Assembly: GCA_010093815.1 (NCBI GenBank)
Contig: ML996578.1
Length of the DNA stretch: 64,000 nucleotides
Reading direction: 5' to 3' (one strand)
DNA from: Pseudovirgaria hyperparasitica
Taxonomy: Eukaryota
Shown: piece after piece, positions 63,312-64,000 of the stretch
Numbering within the stretch: the first letter of the stretch is position 1
Layout: the number at the start of each line of letters is the position of its first letter
Made by a program: the position numbers and the translations under genes
Notes under the pieces: generated by a model
Databases searched by the model: none
The model's input: the letters and a program-made list of their open reading frames with translations, nothing else
Told to the model about the DNA's origin: nothing

Positions 63312-64000
63312 TTACTCCAAGAGGAAAGCCTGGTATGTCGGATTATTCGTCTCTTCCGTGAACGGGTACCGTATTTCCTTCAGGAACTCTTTGATTCCCG
63401 TTTCCTGGCCCGCTGGGACTTGGATGCCAGCAAGAATCTTTCCAACATCACCGCCATAGTTCCGATAGTGGAAGAGAGAAATGTTACAGCCTGGTTGTAG
63501 AGTGGTGAGGAATTTGAACAGCGCGCCTGGTCGCTCCGGAAACTCAAAGGAATATAGACGTTCATCCTGGACATTGCTTCTTCCACCTCCAAGATAACGC
63601 AGATGCGACTTGGCTAGCTCGTCACCAGACAGATCCGTTGCTTTCATACCGTCAGCCTCGAGTCGCTGAATAAGCGTCGCAAGATCTTTTCTCCTTGTCA
63701 TGGCGTTCATGGAAACACCCATGAGGATATGTGCCTTGCCATCGCTGTTGGCATTCCGTAGACGATAGCTGAATTCGGTTACAGAGAGGGGGTTCACATT
63801 CTTTATAAGACTTGCGAATGCGCCAGGTTGTTCCGGTATGACAACGCTGAGCAACGCCTCCTTGTTCTCTCCCAAAGCTGCACGCTCAGCCACGAAGCGA
63901 AGACGATCAAAGTTCATGTTGGCACCAGATGCGATTGCAACCAGACCTCGGTTGGTGTTTGCAGACGGATGCATCTTGATATACTTCTTGATACCTGCAA
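63312..64000 (-). CDS. ILV1: Biosynthetic threonine dehydratase, C-terminal regulatory domains (5' part outside window)
   Basis: SGANMNFDRLRFVAERA, VTEFSYR, FEFPERPGAL, ISLFHYRNYG. Confidence 0.95.
   Translation of the reverse strand, partial: AGIKKYIKMHPSANTNRGLVAIASGANMNFDRLRFVAERAALGENKEALLSVVIPEQPGAFASLIKNVNPLSVTEFSYRLRNANSDGKAHILMGVSMNAMTRRKDLATLIQRLEADGMKATDLSGDELAKSHLRYLGGGRSNVQDERLYSFEFPERPGALFKFLTTLQPGCNISLFHYRNYGGDVGKILAGIQVPAGQETGIKEFLKEIRYPFTEETNNPTYQAFLLE

Overview
Eukaryotic DNA from a filamentous ascomycete (short GT-AG introns with CTRAC/CTAAT branch points; a Dothideomycete-like origin is my inference). About 20 protein-coding loci are present: FMP42-like MFS transporter, RPD3, RPN11, a secreted His1 LPMO-like protein, a highly reducing PKS, GH76, two F-box-like proteins, a CAP/PR-1 protein, MPDU1, NTM1, acid phosphatase, a membrane-anchored laccase, an SDR, an Srs2-like helicase, JEN1 and partial ILV1. 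There is also one tRNA-Leu(CAG), a degenerate tRNA-like element, several disrupted genes and many microsatellites. The most unusual structure is a 1.6-kb non-coding array at about 13250-14830. It holds 11 clear and 2-3 partial copies of a tripartite motif, ATTGG (CCAAT box) - AAAGRGGRAA - TGTCGATCGT..CTCGG, with a fixed 39-41 bp internal spacing and variable spacers, and lies in a gene-free gap between two convergent genes. Other notable items are the His-brace-like secreted protein, an orphan PKS with apparently dead MT/ER domains, and a spliced 98-aa Kre9/Knh1-like domain gene that the ORF track misses. All family assignments are from motif recognition; no searches were run.
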